The notes below the pieces were generated by a model. That model did no database searches, was not told the origin of the DNA, and saw only the letters and a program-made list of their open reading frames with translations. Shown here one piece after another: positions 47,965 through 58,056 of a stretch of 63,928 nucleotides of DNA. Made by a program: the position numbers and the translations under genes. The stretch is from a virus (taxonomy: Duplodnaviria; Caudoviricetes): positions 1 through 63,928 of the IMG/VR virus record IMGVR_UViG_3300012147_000014; one strand, given 5' to 3'. The number at the start of each line of letters is the position of its first letter. Position 1 is the stretch's first letter.

Positions 47965-48621
47965 ATGAAAAATTATCTTATCCAAGAGGTTCAAGAGCGT
48001 TCGGCGCTCTACGGCTCACAAACACTCTCCGACCGCGAATTGCTGGCGCTTATCATCGGCAATCTCCCCGTCGCGACTGCCTTGCTCGACATGGGCGAGA
48101 GCCTAAACAAAATATCGAAGTGGAGCCTTGAAGAGCTTTGCTTCGTGCCGGGTATCAGTAAAGCCACCGCGTCGAAACTTATGGCGAGCTTTTCATTGTT
48201 CGCCCGTAGCGCTCCACTTGACCGTGGATGCTTCACTACTCCAGATGCAGTCTCCCGCTACATGCACCCATTGACCGCCCCTCTGACGGTCGAAAAATTC
48301 TGGGTGCTCTGCCTTGATCGTAAAAATCGGCTGCTCAAGCGTGTCGAGATCAGCAGTGGCACTGCGACCAGTTGCTTGGTTCATCCCCGCGAAGCATTCC
48401 GCGCTGCCATCCTGCATACCGCTACCGCGATCATTGCGGTGCATAACCACCCAAGCGGCGACCCTGCGCCGAGCCGTGCCGACATGCAAGTAACGAGACA
48501 ACTCCGTGAGGCTTCCAAGATTATCGGCGTTGACCTCGATGATCACATTATTATGGGCGAGCGCGAGTTAGACCCGCTTGGAATCGGTTACTACTCATTT
48601 AGCGAGGCGGGGCTCATTTGA
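47965..48621 (+). CDS. radC: RadC/JAB family protein
   Basis: LSDRELLA, VHPRE, HNHPSGD..PS..D, DHII. Confidence 0.92.
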   Translation: MKNYLIQEVQERSALYGSQTLSDRELLALIIGNLPVATALLDMGESLNKISKWSLEELCFVPGISKATASKLMASFSLFARSAPLDRGCFTTPDAVSRYMHPLTAPLTVEKFWVLCLDRKNRLLKRVEISSGTATSCLVHPREAFRAAILHTATAIIAVHNHPSGDPAPSRADMQVTRQLREASKIIGVDLDDHIIMGERELDPLGIGYYSFSEAGLI

Positions 48622-48658
48622 GCTCGGCTCCACCAACAACCACAAATCAAAGGAAACC

Positions 48659-49861
48659 ATGAATGCCGTATTATCGACAAAGAGTTCTACTATCCACATG
48701 AACGTCAAGACGCTGCAACGCGCTTTGGCCGTACTCGGAAAAATCGTACCGAACAGCCCCAAACTGCCCGTAATGGAGTGCGTTGTTTTCATGGATGGCA
48801 ACATCCACGCAAATGACTTTGACCGCGAGCTCGTCTGGCGCGGCACCTTTGATCGCGACTTTGCGGCATTGGTGCCGCTCAAGAAACTCGCGGCAGCTCT
48901 TAAATCTGCGAAGCCCGGCGACACCGTGACGCTCGTCACTGAGGGCGAGACTTACACGGTTACTAGCGAGGATCCGGACGTAAGTCCATACCCCGCCGAG
49001 CGCCCGATACTGACGGTCTCCCATGATCGAGGGAGCAGTCAAATCATCTGCCGCGAACTCGAGGAATACAACACGTTCCCCCGTGGCGATTCCTTGGGTA
49101 GCCGCACAATCCACTCCAATCTCGCCGAGGACTTGAGTGATGCCGTAAAATTCGCTTCTGCGGATGAGACCCGCTATATCCTGAACGGTGTATTTCTGTC
49201 CCGTGAAGGTGCGATTGTGGCGACAGACGGACGACGCCTGCTCAAGATACCTAGTGGGGATATTGCCTCTTTACCGCGCAGTGTGATTGTTCCCGCTGCG
49301 ACGGCCAAGCTTTTCAGCCTCAAGGCACTGCAGGAGCGACCTTGCTCCGTTGAGTTGTTCGCTCACGTGGCGTCCGATTCGAATCCCGAAAATGCAGAAG
49401 CTAAATCCGCCCAGATCATTTTGGGTGATGGCGAGTGGACGATCGTTACCACTCTCGTAGAAGGGAACTTTCCGAATTACAAGCAGGTGATTCCTAAAAG
49501 TCCGGGGAACTGGATAGGCTTTCTAAGGAAAGCCGACGCCGAGAAGATATCGGCCTTCCTCAAGTCTGCACCGAAGTGCGGAAAGGAAGGTTCCGTCGCC
49601 GTAAAGATTACCGCTGATGGTAATGCCAAGAGCTTGCGCCTTGATGCGGGCTCCGAGATTACGGGGCGCTCTTCAGTGACGATCAATGGCATTATGACGC
49701 CTTCGCACGAGACCGTGGAGATTGCCTTCAACGCGCCATACCTACTAGGAGCACTCGCCGCTGGTTGCCTGACCTGGGCATTCAGGGACGAATTATCGAC
49801 GATGGTTGCCACTGGTGAGGATCAGCGCCTAGCAGTCGTGATGCCTCTGCGCCTGAGTTGA
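48659..49861 (+). CDS. DNA polymerase III beta-clamp homologue
   Basis: DETRYILNGV, VATDGRRL, EGNFPNYKQVIP, IAFNAPYL, VVMPLRL. Confidence 0.85.
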   Translation: MNAVLSTKSSTIHMNVKTLQRALAVLGKIVPNSPKLPVMECVVFMDGNIHANDFDRELVWRGTFDRDFAALVPLKKLAAALKSAKPGDTVTLVTEGETYTVTSEDPDVSPYPAERPILTVSHDRGSSQIICRELEEYNTFPRGDSLGSRTIHSNLAEDLSDAVKFASADETRYILNGVFLSREGAIVATDGRRLLKIPSGDIASLPRSVIVPAATAKLFSLKALQERPCSVELFAHVASDSNPENAEAKSAQIILGDGEWTIVTTLVEGNFPNYKQVIPKSPGNWIGFLRKADAEKISAFLKSAPKCGKEGSVAVKITADGNAKSLRLDAGSEITGRSSVTINGIMTPSHETVEIAFNAPYLLGALAAGCLTWAFRDELSTMVATGEDQRLAVVMPLRLS

Positions 49862-50073
49862 TGCCAGTAAACTACACCGCACGAATTTTGTGCGCGGCTC
49901 GACATTGCACGCTTGCCTTTCGCGGGCAGTGTCGAGTCGTCGCACCTCGTTTCCGCCATTTCGCCCATGAAGCCGACGAAGCCGACGAAGCCGACGAAGG
50001 CAAGGACGGCTGACCTTATATCCACGCATCATTATTTTAATGATGCTCAACCCAAACTCAACCAAGGCAAACA

Positions 50074-50961
50074 ATGAGTAACGAAAATAAAATCAAAGCA
50101 CTACTGAAAATCTCCTTTAAGGCGACTGGCATCGGCCTCAACATTCGAGACGAGGCCATGGAAGCCGAACTAGCGCGCAATCACCAGATGGACGCGAAGC
50201 GTGTCCGCACTACCAAGAAGATTCTTGCTGGTGCGATCGATCCGATCAACTCGGAAGTGGGTAAGATTCGCCGATTCCTCAAGCTGAACTCTTTCGAGGG
50301 TATCGGTGAGACCCGCATCATGGTAGCGGCCGAGAGCGACCGCATTCGCCGTCAAGTGGCGGTTCGCGTGTCTGCGGCCTACGACGCGCTAGATGCTCTA
50401 ATCGCGGACTGGGACAACCTGATCGAGATTGAGCGCCGTGAACTCAACGGGAGCTTCGACCCGACCAACTACCCGTCGAGCGGTGAAGCCCTGCGTAGCC
50501 TATTCTCTTTCGAGTTGCAAATCGAACCCATGCCTGACCCGCATCAGTTCAGGCTCATCCAAGAGCTGACCGAGACTGAGCGCGAAGACATGGCCGTGCG
50601 CCTCGAAGTGCAGATTCAAGCCGCGCGCGCCGGCATGGAAGCTGATACCATTCGCCGCACGCTTGATCTGATCAAGGAAGTGGCCGATACGCTTGGAGAT
50701 CCTGACAAGCCGATCGTGGATAGCGAAGGCCGCAAGGGCTGCATCCCGAAGCTCCGCGACCATTTGCAACGTCTCCCCGACCTCAATATTGAGGGCAACC
50801 CTGTACTGATTCAGCTACGCGCTGAAGCACTCGCAGCCCTAGACCTCAATGCCGAGAACCTCCGCGCCCACAAGGGCACCCGTAAGCGCGTCTCCTTTAT
50901 GGCCGATAACCTTCACAAGAAGTTCCAAGGCAGCTTTGGCGACCGTGCCATCACCGCATAA
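50074..50961 (+). CDS. DUF3150-like protein (ends in RAITA)
   Basis: FDPTNYPS..LRSLFSF motif; upstream of DUF1257/AAA cluster. Confidence 0.5.
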   Translation: MSNENKIKALLKISFKATGIGLNIRDEAMEAELARNHQMDAKRVRTTKKILAGAIDPINSEVGKIRRFLKLNSFEGIGETRIMVAAESDRIRRQVAVRVSAAYDALDALIADWDNLIEIERRELNGSFDPTNYPSSGEALRSLFSFELQIEPMPDPHQFRLIQELTETEREDMAVRLEVQIQAARAGMEADTIRRTLDLIKEVADTLGDPDKPIVDSEGRKGCIPKLRDHLQRLPDLNIEGNPVLIQLRAEALAALDLNAENLRAHKGTRKRVSFMADNLHKKFQGSFGDRAITA

Positions 50962-50973
50962 CCCAAATCCACA

Positions 50974-51471
50974 ATGAACGACGAAACTGAACTTAAGCCC
51001 ATCGACCGCCGTAAACCGCTGGCCGTTTCAATGATGCTAATGGAAGCGTTTGGGCGTTTTCCCGTAGATCCAGATATGTTCTATCGGGTCGCCCGTCGCT
51101 CCTCACGAGCCAAGCGCTACGACCCCGCCCGCGCTAAGACCGAAGAAGATGTGGAGCGCATCGAAGCGGCGCAGCGGAAGCGCGAGCGGAAGGCCGCCAA
51201 GAAATCGAAAAGCATTGAGCCGCTCGTTTCGGTTGTGCTTCCCAACGGCGCGTTCTACGGCCGCGTCAAGGGGGTAAAGTGCGAGTGTGGCGGGCAACTA
51301 AGAATAGACGGAGAAAACGACTGCGAAGACCCCGACTTTCGATTCCAAGTGTTTTGCGACCGGTGTAAAACTTGCGACCCAAATGGGTATCCAAGCTCAG
51401 AAGCCATCATCGGCGGTATCGCCTCTTTTTGGCAAAACACTGAGTTCTCTCATCCGAGGAACGAGGATTGA
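50974..51471 (+). CDS. hypothetical with Zn-ribbon
   Basis: CECG...CDRC. Confidence 0.5.
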   Translation: MNDETELKPIDRRKPLAVSMMLMEAFGRFPVDPDMFYRVARRSSRAKRYDPARAKTEEDVERIEAAQRKRERKAAKKSKSIEPLVSVVLPNGAFYGRVKGVKCECGGQLRIDGENDCEDPDFRFQVFCDRCKTCDPNGYPSSEAIIGGIASFWQNTEFSHPRNED

Positions 51472-51498
51472 GAGCAACGTTTTGTTCGATTCTTAATT

Positions 51499-51711
51499 AT
51501 GACAACATACATACCAGACCCAATAGAGAGAGGTGAGGCACGAGCGGAAGCCGCTTACGACGAGATGATTCAGCCCGAAGGCAAATGGAAGTGTCCTTGC
51601 GGGAGGATCTATGACCCCAAGGAGGAGGGGGAAAACTACCTCTATCCAGACCCTTACGCTCCGCCCTCATGTGGGCAGTGTGCCGAGGGGTATTTTAAAT
51701 CGAACAAATAG
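51499..51711 (+). CDS. small Zn-ribbon protein
   Basis: CPCG...CGQC. Confidence 0.5.
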   Translation: MTTYIPDPIERGEARAEAAYDEMIQPEGKWKCPCGRIYDPKEEGENYLYPDPYAPPSCGQCAEGYFKSNK

Positions 51712-52321
51712 AGTAGCCGATGCCGCCGAACAACCAACGAGAAAAGATACAATTATGACTACTGAAAACCAAAAACCTAAAACGAAGCCAGCGACTAAGG
51801 CATTGCCTAGCTCGACTGGTTCTCTAGCAAAAGGCGGCGACTTCTACAACGGGATCGAATGGATGGCTGCATGGATGGTTGATAACGTCGAGGTTCAAAA
51901 AGTATCCGAAGAGAAACTTCGCGTGTGGGCAACTAAAGCGTGGTTACAGCATATAGAAAAGCAGAACGGAGAGCTGAATCATGAGTGAGGATACTAGAGA
52001 GATTTTTGAGATGATGCATCGCCCAGTGGATCGTTCGAGATGGAAAAACCCAGTAATCCATAAGCTGGGGGATGACGGGCTCCCTAAGTGTGGTGGGGTC
52101 TTGGCTCTTCACAACTTAACAAATCGCACTCGCGTTAAATGGGACAAGGTAACGTGCAAAGCGTGCCTTAATCAAAGATCCAAATAATAATGCAACCTAT
52201 TGAATGAGCCGTAGAGGAGATGTAATTCCAGACCTCCTACGAGGGTGTATCATTGGATGCATCTTGATCGCACAAACTATAACGACTAGCTCTGGCACCG
52301 CCGGAGACGGCACTAAAAATT

Positions 52322-52675
52322 ATGAAAACAAACACAAACACCGAGGCGGCGGAAACCGTCCAAACAAGGAGCGACCAGGCGGTTGCTCCAGCAGCGACTT
52401 GTTCTCTGCATCTTTTTGAGATCAGCGCACTGGTCAGCTATCACGCTGTTATTCTCGCCGAATCGAAGGAAGCCGCACTCGCCGAGGTAGAGACATGGGA
52501 AAACGCATGGCACGACACCGGCGAGTTCGTGGACGTGTCCGACGTGGACGTGTTCGATGTCCGACCGATGAAGTCGAAGATGGAAGACTGGAACGACGAG
52601 GCGCACTGCTATACCACGGCTGCCGGTGATGCGATCCGCGCTGCCAAGGCTGCCCGAGATTCGGCGAACCAATGA
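52322..52675 (+). CDS. hypothetical acidic protein
   Basis: ORF in + strand cluster. Confidence 0.5.
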   Translation: MKTNTNTEAAETVQTRSDQAVAPAATCSLHLFEISALVSYHAVILAESKEAALAEVETWENAWHDTGEFVDVSDVDVFDVRPMKSKMEDWNDEAHCYTTAAGDAIRAAKAARDSANQ

Positions 52676-52805
52676 TGAGCGAAACTGCGAATAGCGCATT
52701 GTTTTCCCACGCATTTTATAGAGTTGAAAAACTCACGCAGTATCTAATCTCGCGGTCATTATTTTAATGATCGCATCAACCAAAACACACGAAAGGTAAT
52801 AAAGT

Positions 52806-53210
52806 ATGAGCCACGAAATTAAAGGAACCATCGAGGTTAAAGACCTCACCGCATTCGCGAAAGCGATCGAAGAACTCAAGGGGCGCTTCCACAAAAACAA
52901 GCGCAGCTACACGATGTATAAAGGCCAGATGCCTTGCGACCACGCTGCCTCATTTGAAGGCGTCAACTACGAGATTGGCCTCAAGGAAGAGCCCACTAAG
53001 CGCGGCACCTACACTCCAGTATGGGACACCTACGGCTCCGGGGGTCGTCACGACGGCAAAATGCTCGTCGAGCGCTGCGGCAAAGACATGGGTAAGCTCA
53101 AGCAGAACTACGGCCTGCACGTGGCCGAATGTGCTGCAAAACGTAAAGGCCACACCACTCGTCGCAAGCAAAAAGCTGACGGCACAATTCAACTCGTTAT
53201 CGGAGGATAG
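52806..53210 (+). CDS. DUF1257 (Ycf35)-like protein
   Basis: MSH start, YEIG, LKQNY, ADGTIQLVI. Confidence 0.7.
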   Translation: MSHEIKGTIEVKDLTAFAKAIEELKGRFHKNKRSYTMYKGQMPCDHAASFEGVNYEIGLKEEPTKRGTYTPVWDTYGSGGRHDGKMLVERCGKDMGKLKQNYGLHVAECAAKRKGHTTRRKQKADGTIQLVIGG

Positions 53211-53403
53211 CCACTAATGCCTATCCCTCTTTGCACATACGAATTGGTAGGCGAAGACGACTGGAGTCGCGGCCTATATCGGAACGAAGCTGGCCGCACC
53301 GTCGTGGACGTAGATGGCCAGCTTCATTCAATCTCCGACTGGGGTGAGCCTATCTCGCTCATCGGATACCCAACACCTAAACCAGAAACAAAGGAATAAT
53401 ATC

Positions 53404-53610
53404 ATGGCAAAAGAACACGTAACTATTGATTTCTCGCCTGACGGCTCCGTCAAGGTAGAAGCTCACAATTACACGGGGAACTCCTGCGAAGAGGCGACCC
53501 GTTACATCGAAGAAGCGCTCGGTGTCGAAGGCACAAGCAAGAAGAAGGCTGAGTTCTACAAAGCCTCCCGTAAGGTCAGCGCGAAGCAAAAGCTTGGGGG
53601 TGTCCGGTGA
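53404..53610 (+). CDS. DUF2997 protein
   Basis: PDGSVKVEA..YTG.SCEEATRYIEEALG...KAEFY. Confidence 0.8.
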   Translation: MAKEHVTIDFSPDGSVKVEAHNYTGNSCEEATRYIEEALGVEGTSKKKAEFYKASRKVSAKQKLGGVR

Positions 53611-53879
53611 GTGGCGGGCATATCATCAACTTCCGTCCTGACGGATCATTCGACGGGCTCCACACTGACCGCACCGACCTCTCTGAGATTGGTAGCATGG
53701 AGGTGAGGCGCGCGTCTTGGGTGAATTTCAATGGCACTTCCCAGAAATGGGAAGTGCGCTGGAAGCCGCAGGCGAAAGCGTCCGTATTCACGCACGAGTC
53801 GCGCGAGGAATGCCTCGCGTGGGAGCGTGAGCAACTTCAACAGGAGCCCCCGTATGAACTGGAAACAGCGACTCATTAG
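53607..53879 (+). CDS. hypothetical protein of DUF2997 cluster
   Basis: VRRASWV...SREECLAWE. Confidence 0.55.
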   Translation: MSGGHIINFRPDGSFDGLHTDRTDLSEIGSMEVRRASWVNFNGTSQKWEVRWKPQAKASVFTHESREECLAWEREQLQQEPPYELETATH

Positions 53880-54070
53880 CGAGGCCGTGAGCCGTGTCCG
53901 CGCGGTTCTCACCTTCAGCGCCGACGAGAAGGGAGCTCGCCTCAATGGAGGCATTCACCTCGATCATGGGCAGGGCGGCTACGAGTTACCGTCGCCCAAG
54001 AAACCAACACGCAAACGCGCTAAAAAGCGCACAACCCGATAACGGTAACCACTAATCAGAAAGGCAAATT

Positions 54071-55654
54071 ATGATCTCAAAACGAATCGAATACTACTCA
54101 CGGGCGGGCTACCCCTGCCTATTCATTCCGACGCACGAAGAGCAGCGGATCGGTCGCGAAATTATCGCTGGCCTACAAAGTATCACCAAGGACATTGAGG
54201 GCGAGCCATGCCCCGCCCGCGAGGTCTACTCGTGGTCTTGCACCCAAGGCCTGAACCGCGTCGACACCGAGGAAGCTGGCGACTCTGACATGGATAGTCC
54301 CGTTGAAGTCCTGCAGGCGTTCCTTAACGTGGCGCGTCCGGGATCCGTATTCATCCTGCAAGACTTCCACTTGTTCTTAGATGATCCTTCCCCTCACATT
54401 ATCCGGCTCTTCAAGGACGCACTGGAGCACGCTAAATCGCACCAGAAGATGATGATTATTATCGGCTGCCGCGTCGTGCTTCCGCCTGAAGTCGAAAAGC
54501 TTGTCACGCTGGTTGAGTTCAACCTCCCGACCACAGAAGAGCTAGCTGAAGTGGTGCTTGATCCGCTGGCCGAATCAACTGGCGTTGTGTTGACTCCCGA
54601 GGCTCGCCGCAGCCTTGCCGTAGCCGGTGGCGGACTGACTAGCTACGAGTTTCAAGATGCGCTTGCACTCTCCTACGTGGAGGCGAAGAACGAGCACGGT
54701 AAGCTTGAGTTCTCTGAGAGTGTTGTTTATCGCGAAAAGATTCAGAACGTCAAGAAAAGCGGGTTGGTCGAGCACATTGAAAGCAACCTCAACCCCGACG
54801 ACCTTGGCGGCCTTGACGTGTTCAAGGAGGCTATGGGCAAAGTCCGCAAGCTGTTCAGTCAAGAAGCGGTCAATTTTCGGTTGCCCGTCCCGAAGGGCTG
54901 CTTGCTTGTCGGCCCTCCTGGGTGCGGAAAATCTCTCAGCGCAAAAGTTAGCGCCGTAATGCTAGGAGGCATTCCACTTTTCAAGTGCGATATGGGTAAG
55001 ATGTTCGCTGGCATCGTCGGTGCTAGCGAGGCGAACATGCGCAACATGATCGACCTCGTGGAAGCCATGAGCCCATGCGTTCTCTGGCTCGACGAAATCG
55101 AGCGCGGTCTCTCCGGCGGAGAGTCCTCTGGCAAAACTGACGGAGGCACGACCGATCGGATGATCGGCACCTTGTTAAACTGGCTGCAGGAGAAGACGAA
55201 GCCCGTCTACGTTATCGCAACATCCAATGACACCTCTCAGTTGCCGGCTCAACTTTTGCGGGCTGGCCGCTTTGATCAGCTTTGGTTTGCCGACCTCCCG
55301 AACGAAGTTGAGCGTGTAGAAATTTGGAGCATTATGATTCGACGCACCGAGGGCGACCCAGCGAAATACGACCTCCCTATGCTAGCCGCCGAAACCGTAG
55401 GCTGGTCGGGTTCAGAAATCGAAGCACTCTGGAATGATGCGCGGATCGACGCCTTCGCTCGCTCCGACGACCCAGCGAGCCCGGAAGAGCCGCATACGCT
55501 TGAAATCTGCAATCTCTCAAGATTCCGCACCCCTCTTTCTAAGAGTCAGTCTGGCAAGATCGAGAATATGCGTAAATGGGCGGAAGCCCAAGCACGCCCC
55601 GCTACCTCTCCGCTCAAGAAGTCCCAAGCCAAGTCGGTTCGGGTCTTGAACTAA
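54071..55654 (+). CDS. Ycf46-like AAA ATPase
   Basis: GPPGCGKS, LWLDEIE, ATSN, LLRAGRFD; degenerate N-terminal AAA domain. Confidence 0.88.
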   Translation: MISKRIEYYSRAGYPCLFIPTHEEQRIGREIIAGLQSITKDIEGEPCPAREVYSWSCTQGLNRVDTEEAGDSDMDSPVEVLQAFLNVARPGSVFILQDFHLFLDDPSPHIIRLFKDALEHAKSHQKMMIIIGCRVVLPPEVEKLVTLVEFNLPTTEELAEVVLDPLAESTGVVLTPEARRSLAVAGGGLTSYEFQDALALSYVEAKNEHGKLEFSESVVYREKIQNVKKSGLVEHIESNLNPDDLGGLDVFKEAMGKVRKLFSQEAVNFRLPVPKGCLLVGPPGCGKSLSAKVSAVMLGGIPLFKCDMGKMFAGIVGASEANMRNMIDLVEAMSPCVLWLDEIERGLSGGESSGKTDGGTTDRMIGTLLNWLQEKTKPVYVIATSNDTSQLPAQLLRAGRFDQLWFADLPNEVERVEIWSIMIRRTEGDPAKYDLPMLAAETVGWSGSEIEALWNDARIDAFARSDDPASPEEPHTLEICNLSRFRTPLSKSQSGKIENMRKWAEAQARPATSPLKKSQAKSVRVLN

Positions 55655-55709
55655 ACCACAACCTGTCGGCGCGGGCATACCCGCGCCGGCATAACCTTCT
55701 GCAATAAAC

Positions 55710-56189
55710 ATGAAGATACACAAATTCATCACTGATTCCGACCACGGCATGCACTGCGGCCTCTTCTTAACTGAAGCCGAAGTCGAAGCCGCCATGCGAG
55801 ATTACATGCTCGGCCACAAGGCCGACATTCCTGAAGATGCCGGCCTCGAAGCCATGGGCGAATACTACTCCAAGTTCGGCCTTGGCGATAACTACATGAA
55901 CTGGGACTCCGAATGGGTTGACGTGCCAGATGCTCAACCCGAGTCGGATCACATCAAGATCAATCACTTCCTAACACTCGCCATGCTCGGCACCAGCGCA
56001 GGAAGTTCCACGGGCGAGAAGCGCGCCCACCGTCTTGCCTGGCTGATGCGCCAAGCTATCGAAGAATGCGCAGGTATCGACATAGACGGAGCCAAGGGCG
56101 CAACATTACTAATGAAATATGCCAACTCCGGCGGCGACGGTTTTTGCATGGTTCGAGATTTACTTCAAGAAAGGGGATTCACGCTATGA
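55710..56189 (+). CDS. hypothetical protein
   Basis: ORF in cluster. Confidence 0.55.
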   Translation: MKIHKFITDSDHGMHCGLFLTEAEVEAAMRDYMLGHKADIPEDAGLEAMGEYYSKFGLGDNYMNWDSEWVDVPDAQPESDHIKINHFLTLAMLGTSAGSSTGEKRAHRLAWLMRQAIEECAGIDIDGAKGATLLMKYANSGGDGFCMVRDLLQERGFTL

Positions 56190-56746
56190 AAAAACTCACC
56201 GATGACGAACGTCACGACCTGATCGGCCGCACGATCCGTAACTTCAAGCAAGGCCGCCAGTGGCTGCAAGATATGCTTGACGCTGGAATCGGCTTCCATT
56301 GGGACGAAGACCCTTACGCAATTGTTTACTTTGGCGGCGAAAAGGCGGGGCAACGCTTTTTCTGTAGTATCGAAGCGCAGTTTGTCTCGGCCAACCTCAA
56401 CAAGTGCCGCAAAATAGCCGGAGACGAAACGATCTTCTGGGAGGAAATGGCACCCGATACTGGCCTTACCCCTACCCTTGCCTCTGTTCCTGTCCCTGCT
56501 CCGAAACTGTTCTACTTACAGCTAAAGGGAAACCATGGCTTTATGATCTGGTGGCGCGCGGGCGACCACGGTTACGGAACCTGCATTAAGGAAGCCCGGG
56601 CTTGGACGAAGGAGGAACTCGACAGAGAGGTCTCTAGTACTGACGACAGTAAGAAGTATAGAGTCTGGCCTAAGGATTTAATTGACGAAGCCGCCGCCCG
56701 CATAGGCAGCGGGGCTATCTGTGAACTGGAGTCCGCCCCGGCATGA
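56186..56746 (+). CDS. hypothetical protein
   Basis: ATGA overlap with upstream ORF. Confidence 0.55.
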   Translation: MKKLTDDERHDLIGRTIRNFKQGRQWLQDMLDAGIGFHWDEDPYAIVYFGGEKAGQRFFCSIEAQFVSANLNKCRKIAGDETIFWEEMAPDTGLTPTLASVPVPAPKLFYLQLKGNHGFMIWWRAGDHGYGTCIKEARAWTKEELDREVSSTDDSKKYRVWPKDLIDEAAARIGSGAICELESAPA

Positions 56747-56997
56747 ACTCGCCAAGTGAGCCAAAGGAACTGCCGCGCTTGCCCTGCGATATGACCTGCA
56801 AATGCGGGCATACCGCATGGTGGGAGCGGTTCAGCGAAGATGACCAAGGCGAAGAGCTTCCGCCGAGCATCTTTCGTTGCCCCGGCTGCGGGTGGATGTG
56901 GGAACGCACCTACGCACCCGCTCCCGAGTTTTCAAACTCACTGCGCGTCGTCGTTATTAAAACACTCTCCTATCAAACATCACTCAATCTAAAATAA
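56743..56997 (+). CDS. small Zn-ribbon protein
   Basis: CKCG...CPGC. Confidence 0.5.
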   Translation: MNSPSEPKELPRLPCDMTCKCGHTAWWERFSEDDQGEELPPSIFRCPGCGWMWERTYAPAPEFSNSLRVVVIKTLSYQTSLNLK

Positions 56998-57000
56998 AAT

Positions 57001-57363
57001 ATGGAAATTCCAATTACAGTTAATGAAGATCTAATCCCGTTTCTCAAGTTGGAGCCACTCTGGGCTAAGGGTGTTGAGCGCCAACACAACCTGCACTCGC
57101 TTGTTAATGTGATGCTCATTAAGTCGCCGCAAGATTCAGGAGGGTTGCTGGAGGGGATACTCGCCAGCGCAGCGAAGCCTCGCTTCTTGGTCGTCGCAGC
57201 CACCCGCAGCACGAAGCCATGTGACTGCAGACTCGAAGGCTGTCAGCAAATCGACGGCAATAAGGTCACGTACTCGATGATGTATCGCGACCTCATGCAA
57301 GCCTGCCGCGATGCAGAGACAGAATTTCTCCGCCTAAATCCACCACTAACCCATCAACCATAA
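57001..57363 (+). CDS. hypothetical protein
   Basis: ORF in cluster. Confidence 0.5.
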   Translation: MEIPITVNEDLIPFLKLEPLWAKGVERQHNLHSLVNVMLIKSPQDSGGLLEGILASAAKPRFLVVAATRSTKPCDCRLEGCQQIDGNKVTYSMMYRDLMQACRDAETEFLRLNPPLTHQP

Positions 57364-57737
57364 TGAGCGTAAGAACATACAATATCACCCTTGAAGACGG
57401 TTCAAAGCATAAAATCAGATCCACCGTCACTTACGGCGAAATGCTGCAAGATGCGATCAAAGAATTTGAACACGAAATCGCCAAGATTGAAGAGACCACG
57501 CAAAACGCCGACGGCTACCTTGAGTGGCTAAAGCACCGGAACAGAGAGTATTTCGCCGACGACGTGCTTAAATTTATGTATGTCACCGATGGCACGATCG
57601 ACGACGAAAGCGACGACGAAATCAGCGGAGCAGACTTCGCGGAGCACGTCCTTTTTCTTGCGGGCGAGCAAGGCTTGACTCCGCACCGCTACTTTGAGGA
57701 TCGACGCGACGCCGACCAGACTTGGATGACCCGCTAA
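57363..57737 (+). CDS. hypothetical acidic protein
   Basis: ISGADF motif; coupled start. Confidence 0.5.
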   Translation: MSVRTYNITLEDGSKHKIRSTVTYGEMLQDAIKEFEHEIAKIEETTQNADGYLEWLKHRNREYFADDVLKFMYVTDGTIDDESDDEISGADFAEHVLFLAGEQGLTPHRYFEDRRDADQTWMTR

Positions 57738-57755
57738 CCTTAACCACAGAAACAC

Positions 57756-58022
57756 ATGGAAAACGACCTGTCCGACCCAAAAAGATATACGCTCAAGAAA
57801 ATAGCAGACATGACCACGGTCAAGTCCGGTCTATTCGATCACTATGTAGATTACTGGTGGCCTGTGACGCCAGATGAAGAACTGATCTTTTCCCATGGGA
57901 GGTCTCCGCAGTGTAATCCGGATAAACGGATCGTTGCTCGCCTTCTCAGAATGTATCCGACATGCACCGCGCGTAAGATTCCCGTGGTCTTCATCCCTAT
58001 TGATCCGAGCGACTACTGCTAG
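57756..58022 (+). CDS. hypothetical protein
   Basis: SPQCN motif. Confidence 0.5.
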   Translation: MENDLSDPKRYTLKKIADMTTVKSGLFDHYVDYWWPVTPDEELIFSHGRSPQCNPDKRIVARLLRMYPTCTARKIPVVFIPIDPSDYC

Positions 58023-58056
58023 TCGCTGGAACCACCTATCATTAAAATAATGACCC

